From the NCBI GenBank assembly GCA_011364905.1, contig RDNZ01000005.1:49313-113312 (forward strand): a DNA stretch of 64,000 bases, read 5' to 3'. Both the position numbers and the translations under genes were made by a program. Below, piece by piece: positions 1 through 9,335 of this stretch. The DNA comes from Candidatus Thorarchaeota archaeon. Its GTDB lineage: Archaea; Asgardarchaeota; Thorarchaeia; Thorarchaeales; Thorarchaeaceae. The notes under the pieces were generated by a model. That model was not told where the DNA came from, made no database searches, and was given only the letters and a program-made list of their open reading frames with translations. Every line of letters begins with the position of its first letter. Positions within the stretch are counted from its first letter, which is position 1.

Positions 1-571
1 TTGGTTCGCCTCCAGCAAATTGGATCGCAGGAGCTGGAACAGGTAAATTGCTACGGAGGTTCTTCATCATATCAAAGACCTCCTGAGGTTCTGGCTCATA
101 GACAGTTCCACCCTCAGCAGCAACAGCGAAGCAAATAGGACATCGAAGGTTACAGCGATTAGTCACATCAAGAAGAGCAAGAGCTGTGTGAGACTTGTGT
201 TCAGGGCATTGGCCACAATCTTCGGGGCAGCCTTTCACAGTTTCAGTTCGCGGATTGTCAAGACCAACTGACTTGTACCACCACTTTTGGGCTTTCTTGA
301 ACATTTCAACATCACCCCAGTAAACATCCACAAACTCTCCATGCTTCTCACAGGTCTTCTTGTACATGACCTTACCATCGTCTTCATAGAGGGTTGCATC
401 GATCACATGGACTTCATCATCAGTCAAGAAGCATTCAGGACAAATCGATTGAGTCGTATATGGTAATTCTTTGACTGGGTACCGTTCAACATGATACCTT
501 GATATTGGCCCACCATCTTCATGTTTTACGGGTTCTTCTGGTATTTTTTTAATATCATTATCAGTAGCCAT
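1..571 (-). CDS. tes: Tetraether lipid synthase (Tes / GDGT-MAS, MJ0619-family radical SAM), 3' end outside window; absent from ORF track
   Basis: Manual translation from ATG at 571: MATDND...TQSICPEC...KKTCEKHGEFVDVYWGD...GCPEDCGQCPEHKSHTALALLDVTNRCNLRCPICFA...PAIQFAGGEP. N-terminal CxxC...CxxH and CPxxCGxCxxH metal sites followed by the CxxxCxxC radical SAM motif, typical of the Tes family. Confidence 0.85.
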   Translation of the reverse strand, partial: MATDNDIKKIPEEPVKHEDGGPISRYHVERYPVKELPYTTQSICPECFLTDDEVHVIDATLYEDDGKVMYKKTCEKHGEFVDVYWGDVEMFKKAQKWWYKSVGLDNPRTETVKGCPEDCGQCPEHKSHTALALLDVTNRCNLRCPICFAVAAEGGTVYEPEPQEVFDMMKNLRSNLPVPAPAIQFAGGEP

Positions 572-688
572 AATTATTCACTCCATGGCCAAATAAAACC
601 ACCACTGAACAGGGTGGTATTGTCTGATACGGTGCGCCAAGAATTTGAATATAAGTTTAATCCGAAGTTTCCGAATATGTAAAGTGAG

Positions 689-1006
689 CTACTCGTACCC
701 TTCAGCTTCTTCAGATGAAAGAACATATCCCTTCGTGAATCCGCCTCGAGCAAGAAGTTTACTGTGTCGTTGGAGTTCAATGAGTGCTGTGTCTGCTTTT
801 CTGAGTCTAAGTAGGGCATCGATAGCCTCTTGAATATCGACTAGTTCCTCAGTATCACCAGAGAAAAGAAACTCCTTTGCCTCTTCGACAATCTTCTCGC
901 GAAGCAGCACTTCAAGCTCATCAGGTCCGGCAACGCGAACCCTGGGATTTCCTCCATTTTCACGAATAATGTCTGGAATCTTATCTCGTACTAGTTTTTC
1001 TGCCAA
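689..1006 (-). CDS. MazG/HisE-superfamily nucleoside triphosphate pyrophosphohydrolase
   Basis: KLVRDKIPDII...LREKIVEEAKE...EELVDIQE...RGGF motifs; likely TTG start at 1006 preceded by a GGGTGA SD. Confidence 0.8.
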   Translation of the reverse strand: MAEKLVRDKIPDIIRENGGNPRVRVAGPDELEVLLREKIVEEAKEFLFSGDTEELVDIQEAIDALLRLRKADTALIELQRHSKLLARGGFTKGYVLSSEEAEGYE

Positions 1007-1022
1007 GAGAATCACCCATTTC

Positions 1023-1697
1023 TTATCTGATTGCAAGCGCAACTTCTACTTGATATTTCGCAGCATCCAAGAATGCATCTGCAGCAAGTCTGACTGAATT
1101 GGGAAGTTCTGAGGTCCAAGGAGACTCAGCATCTCGTGGTGTAGATTCAGTCATAGCTGAGAATGCCAGATACTCGACATTCATTGCATCATCAAAGGAA
1201 ATCGTTCCCACCCATTGACCCTCTCCATCCACAACCTCGTACGTCGGGAGGAACTTCTTCATTCCTTCAGGAACAATGGCATTCCAATAGATCGACATGT
1301 CATTGAATTGCTCTGGGTCTCCGAGACCTATGGTGTACGTGTCCATTGTCGCAGTTGCTGTCACTAGCTTATAGAGAATACCTATGTGACAATTCAGACA
1401 CTGATTGAACTCAAGACCATCGCCGCTGGGTTCGACATATGCAATTCCATTTTTCTCAATATTATCGTCATTGCAGTGAACACAGAGATTCATGCCCCAT
1501 CTCACTTCAAGGTGGTCGCTAAATGGCCCCTTGAGAAAACGGTCTTCAGCTCCTTCAAAAGCGCTTCTTACTGCTTCTTTCCCTTCGCCGTCCATTTTGG
1601 TCCGGATGGCTTTCCAGACTTGAAGACCATCTTGCCAAAGAATGTTGAAAATCATATCTGCAAGCTTGTCAAGAGACCTTTCTTCTAATGCGCTCAT
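1023..1697 (-). CDS. Hypothetical protein with CxxC...CxxC zinc-ribbon
   Basis: 224-aa ORF with CVHC and CLNC pairs; tightly coupled to the downstream gene. Confidence 0.65.
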   Translation of the reverse strand: MSALEERSLDKLADMIFNILWQDGLQVWKAIRTKMDGEGKEAVRSAFEGAEDRFLKGPFSDHLEVRWGMNLCVHCNDDNIEKNGIAYVEPSGDGLEFNQCLNCHIGILYKLVTATATMDTYTIGLGDPEQFNDMSIYWNAIVPEGMKKFLPTYEVVDGEGQWVGTISFDDAMNVEYLAFSAMTESTPRDAESPWTSELPNSVRLAADAFLDAAKYQVEVALAIR

Positions 1698-2007
1698 AGC
1701 ATCACGTCAATAGAATAAGGACTAGACATTTCAATTAAACATTGGTTGGACCTCCTGAAGGTCAACTATTGCTAGCCTAAGATTTTTAACTAAGTCAGAA
1801 TGAGATTCCAGAGGACGAATAGGTGAGAAAAGGATGGATTGCCAAATTCACTAACTCATATGAAAGTGAATGTAGTCCGTTCTCTGATTGCATGCTTGTT
1901 CGATCTTTTATGGTGTATTCAGAGCAATATGTTAGACAACCATACTCCATATCGAGCTGCCATACTGCATTTGCAAGTTACAGATATTATCTATTCCGAC
2001 GTTGGTG

Positions 2008-5000
2008 ATGGAAGTGTTCAAGCCAGTACCCAGTCAAGTTGATTTTGTTGCCCAAGAAAAAGAAATGCTCAAGCTGTGGAGTGATTCGCAGATTTTTGAG
2101 AAACTAAAGAGTCTCAGAGCAAATGGGCCAATCTGGTCATTCCTTGATGGCCCCATCACAGCCAACAATCCCATGGGAATCCATCATGGATGGGGACGCA
2201 CCTACAAAGATCTATACCATCGTTTCAAAGGTATGCAAGGATACCACACCCGATATCAAAATGGATTTGACTGCCAAGGGCTTTGGGTGGAGGTCAATGT
2301 GGAACGGGACTTGGGATTCAAGGGCAAGCAGGACATAGAAGCATTCGGATTGGAGAAGTTTATCATTCTATGCAAGCAGCGTGTTTTGAAATACGCTGCA
2401 ATCCAAATGGAGCAGAGTGTACGTTTAGGCTATTGGATGAACTGGGACAATCCAGAAACTCTTCAAAAATTGCACGATGCTCTTGGTAAAAACCCGTTAG
2501 CAGAAATGACAATCGAAGGCGTGAAAGGTCCGGTCACTGGTACAGTTGAACAACTTGTTGGAAAGCTTGGGACACCTGAGGTGGGAGGATCGTATTTCAC
2601 ATTCTCTGAAGAGAACAACTATACGATTTGGTCTATGCTAAAATCCTGTCATGATAGAGGGTGGATATACAAAGGCCGGGACGTAATGCCATGGTGCGCT
2701 CGATGCGGAACGGGAATTAGTCAACATGAGATAGTAACCGAGGGCTATCGTGAGTTGACGCATCCTAGCATCACATTGAGATTTCCATTGGTAGATCGAC
2801 CTGGAGAAAGTCTTCTTGTATGGACCACGACGCCATGGACCCTGAGCAGCAACGTTGCAGCAGCTGTTGGTCCAGACTTAACATATGCAAAGGTGCGTCA
2901 GGGAGAGGAAATTCTGTACCTCAGTAACAAGACTTTACACATGCTGAAAGGAGATTTCCAAGTTGAGGAGGAACTCCTAGGTCTCGATATGGAGGGGTGG
3001 GTATATCATGGCCCTTTCGATGAGCTTCCGGCTCAGAAAGAGCATGACGTTGCAGGAAAGCACCGAGTGGTTGCTTGGGATGAGGTAGGTGAGGAGGAGG
3101 GTACAGGGATTGTACATATTGCACCAGGTTGTGGTGCAGAAGACTTCGAACTCTCAAAGGAGCTTAATCTTGCTGTAATTGCGCCACTTACGGAGAATGG
3201 AATTTTCCTGGATGGATTTGACTGGCTGACTGGGATGAATGTGAAGGAAGTTGCTCAGCCAATATTCGATAACCTCCGCAAGAAGGGTCTGGTGTACAGG
3301 ATAGAGGACTATACTCACCGATATCCTGTGTGTTGGAGATGCCAAGAAGAGCTGGTCTTTCGGCTTGTAGATGAGTGGTTCATTTCCATGGGTGCGAAAC
3401 TAGACATTCCGTATGAAGATGTCATGGAAGAACAGAAAGAACATAATCTTCGCTACCAAATCATGGAGGTGGTTACCAGCGATACCAATTGGTATCCTTC
3501 CTTTGGAAAAGATAGAGAGCTAGATTGGCTTCGAAACATGGATGATTGGATGATCTCCAAGAAACGCTATTGGGGACTCGCGTTGCCAATCTGGGAGTGT
3601 TCGCACTGCGGCCACTTCGAAGTGATAGGCAGTAGAGATGAACTCAAGAAGCGAGCTGTTGCTGGATGGGATGCTTTCGAGGGGCATTCACCACACCGAC
3701 CGTTCATAGATGAGATTGAGATAGAGTGCACTGAATGTAAAAAGAGAATGAAGCGAATACCTGACGTTGGAAACCCATGGCTGGATGCAGGTATTGTTGC
3801 CATGAGTACAATGAGGTACAATTCAGATAGAGAGTATTGGAACAAATGGTTCCCAGCAGATCTCATTAGCGAGAGCTTTCCGGGGCAATTTCGAAACTGG
3901 TTCTATAGTTTACTCGCAATGAGCACAATCCTTGAGCGTCGAGCACCATTCAGGGATGTCTTCACCTATGCCACACTGAATGCTGAAGATGGAAGGCCGA
4001 TGCACAAATCCTGGGGCAACATGGTGGAGTTTGATGATGCAGCCGATTCGATGGGAGTTGATGTAATGCGCTTAATCTATTGCGCTCATCGACCTGAGAA
4101 GGACCTTGCCTTTGGATACCACCGTGCTGATGAGGTGAGGCGACAGTTCCTGATTCCGCTATGGAATGTCTACTCATTCTTTGTCACATATGCTTTGATA
4201 GATGGATGGGTTCCGCATAAGGAGAGGAGACTGACTCTAAGCCTATTGGACCGATGGATACTCTCAAGAATGAATGAGTTCACTCGCGAGGTTACAGATT
4301 CTTTGAATGCATATGAGCCGGATACAGCGACAGCGGCCATCGCTCGTTTCATAGATCATCTTAGTAATTGGTATCTCCGGCGAAGCCGAAGGCGATTCTG
4401 GGCTGAATCAGGAGCAAGTGACGATGTTGATGCAGATAAGAATGCAGCATATGATACGTTGTATCGTGTGCTCATCACTCTATCTCGACTACTTGCCCCA
4501 TTCGCACCGTTCGTATCAGAAGCTATGCATCAGAACCTAACACAGGGAGTTGAAACAGACACACCTGAAAGCGTTCATCTTTGTGATTGGCCTCAGAGCG
4601 AGTCCATCGATACAAAACTCAACTCAGAAATGGAGTTCATCTTACGTCTGGTTTCACTTGGACATGCAGCAAGAAACCAAGCGAATTGTAAACTTCGCCA
4701 ACCATTGTCAGAGATCGCATTTGCTGTTACTTCTGATATGGAACAAGAAGTAGTTATGCGCTATAAAGATGTGATAGCAGATGAACTGAATGTAAAAGAA
4801 GTCCGGCTGCTAGATGTTACTGCTGAGGTGATAAGTTATCAGCTCAAGCCACTGCCAAAGCAGCTAGGTCAGAAATATGGCTCGCGTTTCCCTGAACTCA
4901 GAAAAGCCATATTGCAGCTAGACACACGAGATGCTTCAACCCAGTTTCTGAATGGCAATTCAGTTGATGTGACCTTAAATGGAGAGAAATTCAGTATTCT

Positions 5001-5370
5001 GCCCGAAGAGGTCGAAGTAATCGTACAAGCCAAAAAGGGCTTTTCAACTGCGTCAGAAGGACCCTACCTTGCAGCCTTAACAACACAAGTGACGCATGAA
5101 CTGAAACTTGAAGGCCTTGCTCGAGAGTTCGTCAGACGTGTTCAGAATTTGCGCAAGTCGGCGGACCTCAACGTCAATGACCAGATAGAAATCCAGTACT
5201 CTTCAAGCAAGATTATGGCTGAAGCAGTAGAGAATCATCAAGTGTATATCTCAGAGGAAACGCTGGCTGAAAACTTGAAACAAGTGCAAAAGCCTGCAGG
5301 CAAATTTCACGAGGAATATACATTCGCGGACGAAAAGCTGGTGTTAGCGATTACTCGTATTAAGAGCTAA
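2008..5370 (+). CDS. ileS: Isoleucyl-tRNA synthetase (type 2) with non-canonical GIHH/PMHKS signatures
   Basis: DGPITAN-PMGIHH, GFDCQGL, WTTTPWTL editing motif, GTGIVHIAP, DWMISKKRYWG, WLDAG, PMHKSWGN, NWYLRRSRRRFW and the C-terminal EGLAREFVRRVQNLRK of IleRS2. Confidence 0.95.
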   Translation: MEVFKPVPSQVDFVAQEKEMLKLWSDSQIFEKLKSLRANGPIWSFLDGPITANNPMGIHHGWGRTYKDLYHRFKGMQGYHTRYQNGFDCQGLWVEVNVERDLGFKGKQDIEAFGLEKFIILCKQRVLKYAAIQMEQSVRLGYWMNWDNPETLQKLHDALGKNPLAEMTIEGVKGPVTGTVEQLVGKLGTPEVGGSYFTFSEENNYTIWSMLKSCHDRGWIYKGRDVMPWCARCGTGISQHEIVTEGYRELTHPSITLRFPLVDRPGESLLVWTTTPWTLSSNVAAAVGPDLTYAKVRQGEEILYLSNKTLHMLKGDFQVEEELLGLDMEGWVYHGPFDELPAQKEHDVAGKHRVVAWDEVGEEEGTGIVHIAPGCGAEDFELSKELNLAVIAPLTENGIFLDGFDWLTGMNVKEVAQPIFDNLRKKGLVYRIEDYTHRYPVCWRCQEELVFRLVDEWFISMGAKLDIPYEDVMEEQKEHNLRYQIMEVVTSDTNWYPSFGKDRELDWLRNMDDWMISKKRYWGLALPIWECSHCGHFEVIGSRDELKKRAVAGWDAFEGHSPHRPFIDEIEIECTECKKRMKRIPDVGNPWLDAGIVAMSTMRYNSDREYWNKWFPADLISESFPGQFRNWFYSLLAMSTILERRAPFRDVFTYATLNAEDGRPMHKSWGNMVEFDDAADSMGVDVMRLIYCAHRPEKDLAFGYHRADEVRRQFLIPLWNVYSFFVTYALIDGWVPHKERRLTLSLLDRWILSRMNEFTREVTDSLNAYEPDTATAAIARFIDHLSNWYLRRSRRRFWAESGASDDVDADKNAAYDTLYRVLITLSRLLAPFAPFVSEAMHQNLTQGVETDTPESVHLCDWPQSESIDTKLNSEMEFILRLVSLGHAARNQANCKLRQPLSEIAFAVTSDMEQEVVMRYKDVIADELNVKEVRLLDVTAEVISYQLKPLPKQLGQKYGSRFPELRKAILQLDTRDASTQFLNGNSVDVTLNGEKFSILPEEVEVIVQAKKGFSTASEGPYLAALTTQVTHELKLEGLAREFVRRVQNLRKSADLNVNDQIEIQYSSSKIMAEAVENHQVYISEETLAENLKQVQKPAGKFHEEYTFADEKLVLAITRIKS

Positions 5371-5403
5371 GTCCGACACTAGAATTGCATCTATCTAGAG
5401 GGA

Positions 5404-6732
5404 TCAGAGAGAACCGGATTTCCGTATGAGCACATCGATTAAGGTGTGATAGACTTCAGAAGTTGTTCGTAAGGACTCTATTGAAACCCATTCATTCACT
5501 CCATGAACGTTGTCGCCTATCGGACCAAAGTCGAAGAGGTCAGCGCCTTCGCCAGCAAAAAACCGAGAATCAGAAGCTCCAAACCCCTCAATGACTCTAT
5601 ATGGTATCCCCTCTTTCTCAAGAGCCCATCGCGCAGCTTTGATGAGCTGTGAATCAGGGTCGCAGTCCACGTAGCCTATACCTGGATGAACTTGAAGTGA
5701 GAACAGGTTTACTCGGTCCTTCAAGGCGTTTTCCATAGCCAACTTGATAGATTCATCGTCATTCGTCATTGAACGAATATCAATGTACAGAGTCCAAAGG
5801 TCACCTTCCTTTGACAGGATGTTGGGACAAATGTTGGTCCCCATATCTGAAGGGTGCGTCGGAAATGCAATACGAGTAATTGGAAGCAAGGACCGCATCA
5901 GATTGGTCAGAGCTGAGTCATAGGTATAGTCTGAACCTGTTTCACTTGGATGAATAACCTCCATCTCAATCCAATCTGGTACAACATTACCCTTGAGAAA
6001 TGCACCTTTGACTGATTCTACCACGGCTTGAGGATTGAGATCAAGATACTTCGATGCGGCAATCATCGCGTGCCTATCTACGCCAAATCGCAAGTAAGCA
6101 CTATGTCGAGTGTTCGTACCATAGGTTTCAGTCTCCACTCGTATTGTTTCTTTAGTTCCTCGAATCTTCTGTTTCTCTTCTTTGACTTTAATGAATGTAG
6201 GAAGGATGTTGCGTCGGCGATGAATGATATTCTGCCCAGATCCATCTGCGACAACAACATGGTCCGGGAAGAGACCCTGCTTTATTAGATACTCCTTCAA
6301 GAAACCTGCTCCTTGACGACCCCCTAGCTCTTCATCCCCAGATACGGCAATCATAACTGTACAAGGAAAATCGGATTCCGCAATCTTTTCAGCGAGGAGC
6401 AGAAGCGAAACAACATTCCCCTTATCATCACATGTTCCTCTTCCGTAAGCTCTGTCACCTTCGATTCTAAGCTTCAACGGATCCGAGTCCCAACCATCAC
6501 CAAATGGGACAACATCAAAGTGAGCAAGGAAGAGGATTTTGAATGAACCATGACCTCTTCGAGCAAACACTGTGAAGTATCCATTGGACTCTAGGATTTC
6601 AGAGTGAAAACCATAATTCTGAAGTACGCCACTAATGAATTCTGGGCACTCTTTTTCTGGCTTTGTGTTTCCATCATTTCTTGTGTCGAACGAAATCAGA
6701 GTTTCTAGAAGGTCGGTGGGGTCTAGTTTCAT
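5404..6732 (-). CDS. M20/M25/M40 metallopeptidase (ArgE/DapE family)
   Basis: AHFDVVP, GRGTCDDKG, DEELG, ASDSRFF and HGVNE motifs. Confidence 0.9.
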   Translation of the reverse strand: MKLDPTDLLETLISFDTRNDGNTKPEKECPEFISGVLQNYGFHSEILESNGYFTVFARRGHGSFKILFLAHFDVVPFGDGWDSDPLKLRIEGDRAYGRGTCDDKGNVVSLLLLAEKIAESDFPCTVMIAVSGDEELGGRQGAGFLKEYLIKQGLFPDHVVVADGSGQNIIHRRRNILPTFIKVKEEKQKIRGTKETIRVETETYGTNTRHSAYLRFGVDRHAMIAASKYLDLNPQAVVESVKGAFLKGNVVPDWIEMEVIHPSETGSDYTYDSALTNLMRSLLPITRIAFPTHPSDMGTNICPNILSKEGDLWTLYIDIRSMTNDDESIKLAMENALKDRVNLFSLQVHPGIGYVDCDPDSQLIKAARWALEKEGIPYRVIEGFGASDSRFFAGEGADLFDFGPIGDNVHGVNEWVSIESLRTTSEVYHTLIDVLIRKSGSL

Positions 6733-6793
6733 CTCAATCAGTTGTAGACGTGCTTAAACGAGTCAAAAGTCTATCCTCTGGGGAAGCCGTTCT

Positions 6794-6833
6794 AAAAAAA
6801 GTAGGGTCGAGGAGCAATCAATGGACTGCTCCT
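6794..6833 (-). terminator. Hairpin plus T7 tract ending the EF-2 gene
   Basis: AGGAGCA (6810-6816) / TGCTCCT (6827-6833) inverted repeat, followed on the minus strand by T7 at 6794-6800. Confidence 0.55.
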
Positions 6834-6847
6834 GTCTTCAAACTGGA

Positions 6848-9061
6848 TTAAGTTCGTTTGTACATCCATCGACTCCAAGAACTCAGGCTTGGCATTTCCT
6901 CAGGCATACCTTTTCGAGCTCTAATCTCTAGGATGATCTCTTCCTGCATGTTGCTAGGTAGCGGTTCGAATCCTCTGAACTCATAGCCAAAGAAGCTCCG
7001 ACCCGCGGTTGCACTCCTGAATTCATCTGCAATCCCTATGGTTTCTGCAGTCGGGAGTGTACCCTTCACAGTGACTGTGTCTTCTTCACCTTCGATTGTC
7101 ACGATTTGACCGCGATGTCCTGTCAGGACCTTGATAACCTGTCCCTGTGTATCGGTTGGAGTTTTGATATCAGTGTTCAGAACGGGTTCAAATAGTCCAG
7201 GTTTCCCTGTTAGAAAACTCATGTTAAGTGCAGCACTCACCATTGTGGCGACCTCGTTGTAACCAGTGTGAGCAGGGTCGGTATGGACCGTTGCATCAGT
7301 GAGCACTACTCTAACACCCATCACAGGCTCTTTTGCGATTGGACCGCCTTCAATAAACTCTCTGAATGTAGTCTGAAGATATGAGAATATTCGCTCAAAT
7401 CTCTGGACACCGCTCATAGCATCGACAAGTATGGAGGACTCGTAGATATCAAGGATCTTTCTGGCTTCCTTCGCATCCCATCCAGCCTCGTCTCGGAGAA
7501 TAGCTGCACGCTCACGGTCCGGCATTTCAGCTGTAATCCTCTTCTTTCTGATGAGCTCCACAGTCTTTTCGTCAAGCGGTTCAAGATACATTCGAATCCT
7601 GTTGTGTCCATTGGGAGACTTGGTGTGAAACTCGTCGCCCTTATCAGTCATCTTTTCTCTGTACACAATGATTGGCTCAGATACCTTGATCTTGACTTGC
7701 TCGTTGATTCTCTTTGTCAGAATCTCAATCTGAAGTGGGTCAATACCATCAAGTCGGTACTCACCGGACTCCTTGTCGTGAACGAACCGTGCAGTGGGGT
7801 CAGCCATGATCCACTTTGAAACGACCTCACCGAGCTTAGCGATTTCTTGTGGATCGACTGGTTTAATGCTTCTACTAACAACAGGTTCACTGACATATTC
7901 AATGGCCTCAAAGCCCTTCATATTGGAACCCGGCATAACGAATGACTCACCACTTGGACACATGAACCCAAAGACAGAGAAGAGGTTACCAGCAGGCACT
8001 TCATCCATGTCAAGAATGTCGGTGATCTCTTGGACACCCAAACGTTTCACCTTTGCATTCTGTTTCATGTTGACTAGTTGAATCTCCTGTCCAGACTTGA
8101 TTGTGCCTGAGAAAACCCGTCCAATGAGTGTAGGTCTCTTGCTTTTGGGATCAATGAAAATCTTGGTAATCATTCCGAGCAGAGGTCCATTCGGATCACA
8201 TTGTACAAGCGCCTTACCCTCCGGACTGTCAAGTTCTCCAGACCAGATTCGAGGTATCTTGTACTTTTGAGCCTCTTTTGGACTGGGCAAGTGTTTTACA
8301 ATCATCTCGAGGAGTGCATCATCGAGCGGTAGATTCTCTCGTAGCCAGCGCTCGTCACCCTCGTTGTATTTCTCGAAGACAATGAGAGGTTTGATATCCT
8401 TCTTCTCTAGGGTCTTCATAGTGAAAGCCCAACCAGTCTTCGCGCTTCCGATTGCAACACTTCCCTCTTGGAAACTCACTCTCCAGTTTAGGGCATACTC
8501 CTTTGGAGCGACCTTCTTGATGAGTTCGTTCACCTTTGCGATGATGATGTCAATACGCTCATAGACCTTAGCTGGTGGGAGCTTCAACTCGTTGATGAGT
8601 CGGTCCACTTTGTTGATGAACAGGACTGGCTTGCATGCTTCGCCGCCCACAGCAAGACGTATGTTAGTTTCCGTCTGAGTCATCACTCCCTCTAGAGCAT
8701 CGACAAGAATGACCGCGCCATCGCTGGCACGCAGTGCTCGGGAAACCTCTCCAGTGAATGAGAGGTGTCCAGGAGTGTCAGACAGCTGAACGAGATACTC
8801 CTCGCCGTCGACCTCGAAGTTCAACAGCACGACTGAAGTGAATATAGTGATACCGCGCTCCTGTTCCTCTTCGTCACTGTCTGTCATCAGTGCCTGTCCA
8901 GCAGCGGCATCACTCATCAGACCAGCGCGACGCATCAGATAGTCAGTTGTTGTGGTCTTTCCATGATCGATGTGAGCGCTAATGGAGATGATTCTCTTGT
9001 GCTCGAAATCGTTTGAAAGGATGAGCCTTTTGATTGCATCTGGCTCTTTGATTTTAACCAT
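6848..9061 (-). CDS. fusA: Translation elongation factor EF-2 family GTPase, divergent copy (HTG at the diphthamide loop)
   Basis: AHIDHGKTT, ERGITI, DTPGH and NKVD G-motifs; KSPNGHNR; domain IV VHTDPAHTG; C-terminal IRARKGM; 737 aa. Confidence 0.93.
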   Translation of the reverse strand: MVKIKEPDAIKRLILSNDFEHKRIISISAHIDHGKTTTTDYLMRRAGLMSDAAAGQALMTDSDEEEQERGITIFTSVVLLNFEVDGEEYLVQLSDTPGHLSFTGEVSRALRASDGAVILVDALEGVMTQTETNIRLAVGGEACKPVLFINKVDRLINELKLPPAKVYERIDIIIAKVNELIKKVAPKEYALNWRVSFQEGSVAIGSAKTGWAFTMKTLEKKDIKPLIVFEKYNEGDERWLRENLPLDDALLEMIVKHLPSPKEAQKYKIPRIWSGELDSPEGKALVQCDPNGPLLGMITKIFIDPKSKRPTLIGRVFSGTIKSGQEIQLVNMKQNAKVKRLGVQEITDILDMDEVPAGNLFSVFGFMCPSGESFVMPGSNMKGFEAIEYVSEPVVSRSIKPVDPQEIAKLGEVVSKWIMADPTARFVHDKESGEYRLDGIDPLQIEILTKRINEQVKIKVSEPIIVYREKMTDKGDEFHTKSPNGHNRIRMYLEPLDEKTVELIRKKRITAEMPDRERAAILRDEAGWDAKEARKILDIYESSILVDAMSGVQRFERIFSYLQTTFREFIEGGPIAKEPVMGVRVVLTDATVHTDPAHTGYNEVATMVSAALNMSFLTGKPGLFEPVLNTDIKTPTDTQGQVIKVLTGHRGQIVTIEGEEDTVTVKGTLPTAETIGIADEFRSATAGRSFFGYEFRGFEPLPSNMQEEIILEIRARKGMPEEMPSLSSWSRWMYKRT

Positions 9062-9335
9062 CAGGGTGTCTCCTTGCTACTTACTTTGTGTCCCCTCGTG
9101 ATATTGTACGATAGCATGTCCCCAACTGTCCATTATCACACGAGAGAACTCGTTGGGAGCACCAGCAATCTCACTGGTGGCTTGCGCGACCTCGCGAGCA
9201 GATGATTAAAAGTATTTCTACAGGGGAATTCCAAATTGCTGAAGAATTGAAGACGACTCCTTCGGTTATGAAACTTCAGCTTGACAAATGCGTTTCAAAC
9301 GTCGAGTTAGACGACTCAATGCTCAAATATCAATT

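Noticed and set aside
574-833. Short ORFs 574-819 (-) and 645-833 (+), and the many antisense ORFs nested in long genes
   Set aside because: They are shadow frames overlapping well-supported genes and have no motifs.
1805-1835. T-box riboswitch upstream of ileS (AGAG...GGTGAGA resemblance)
   Set aside because: The segments flanking GGTGAGA do not pair, and no specifier loop or GGUGGNACC antiterminator was found.
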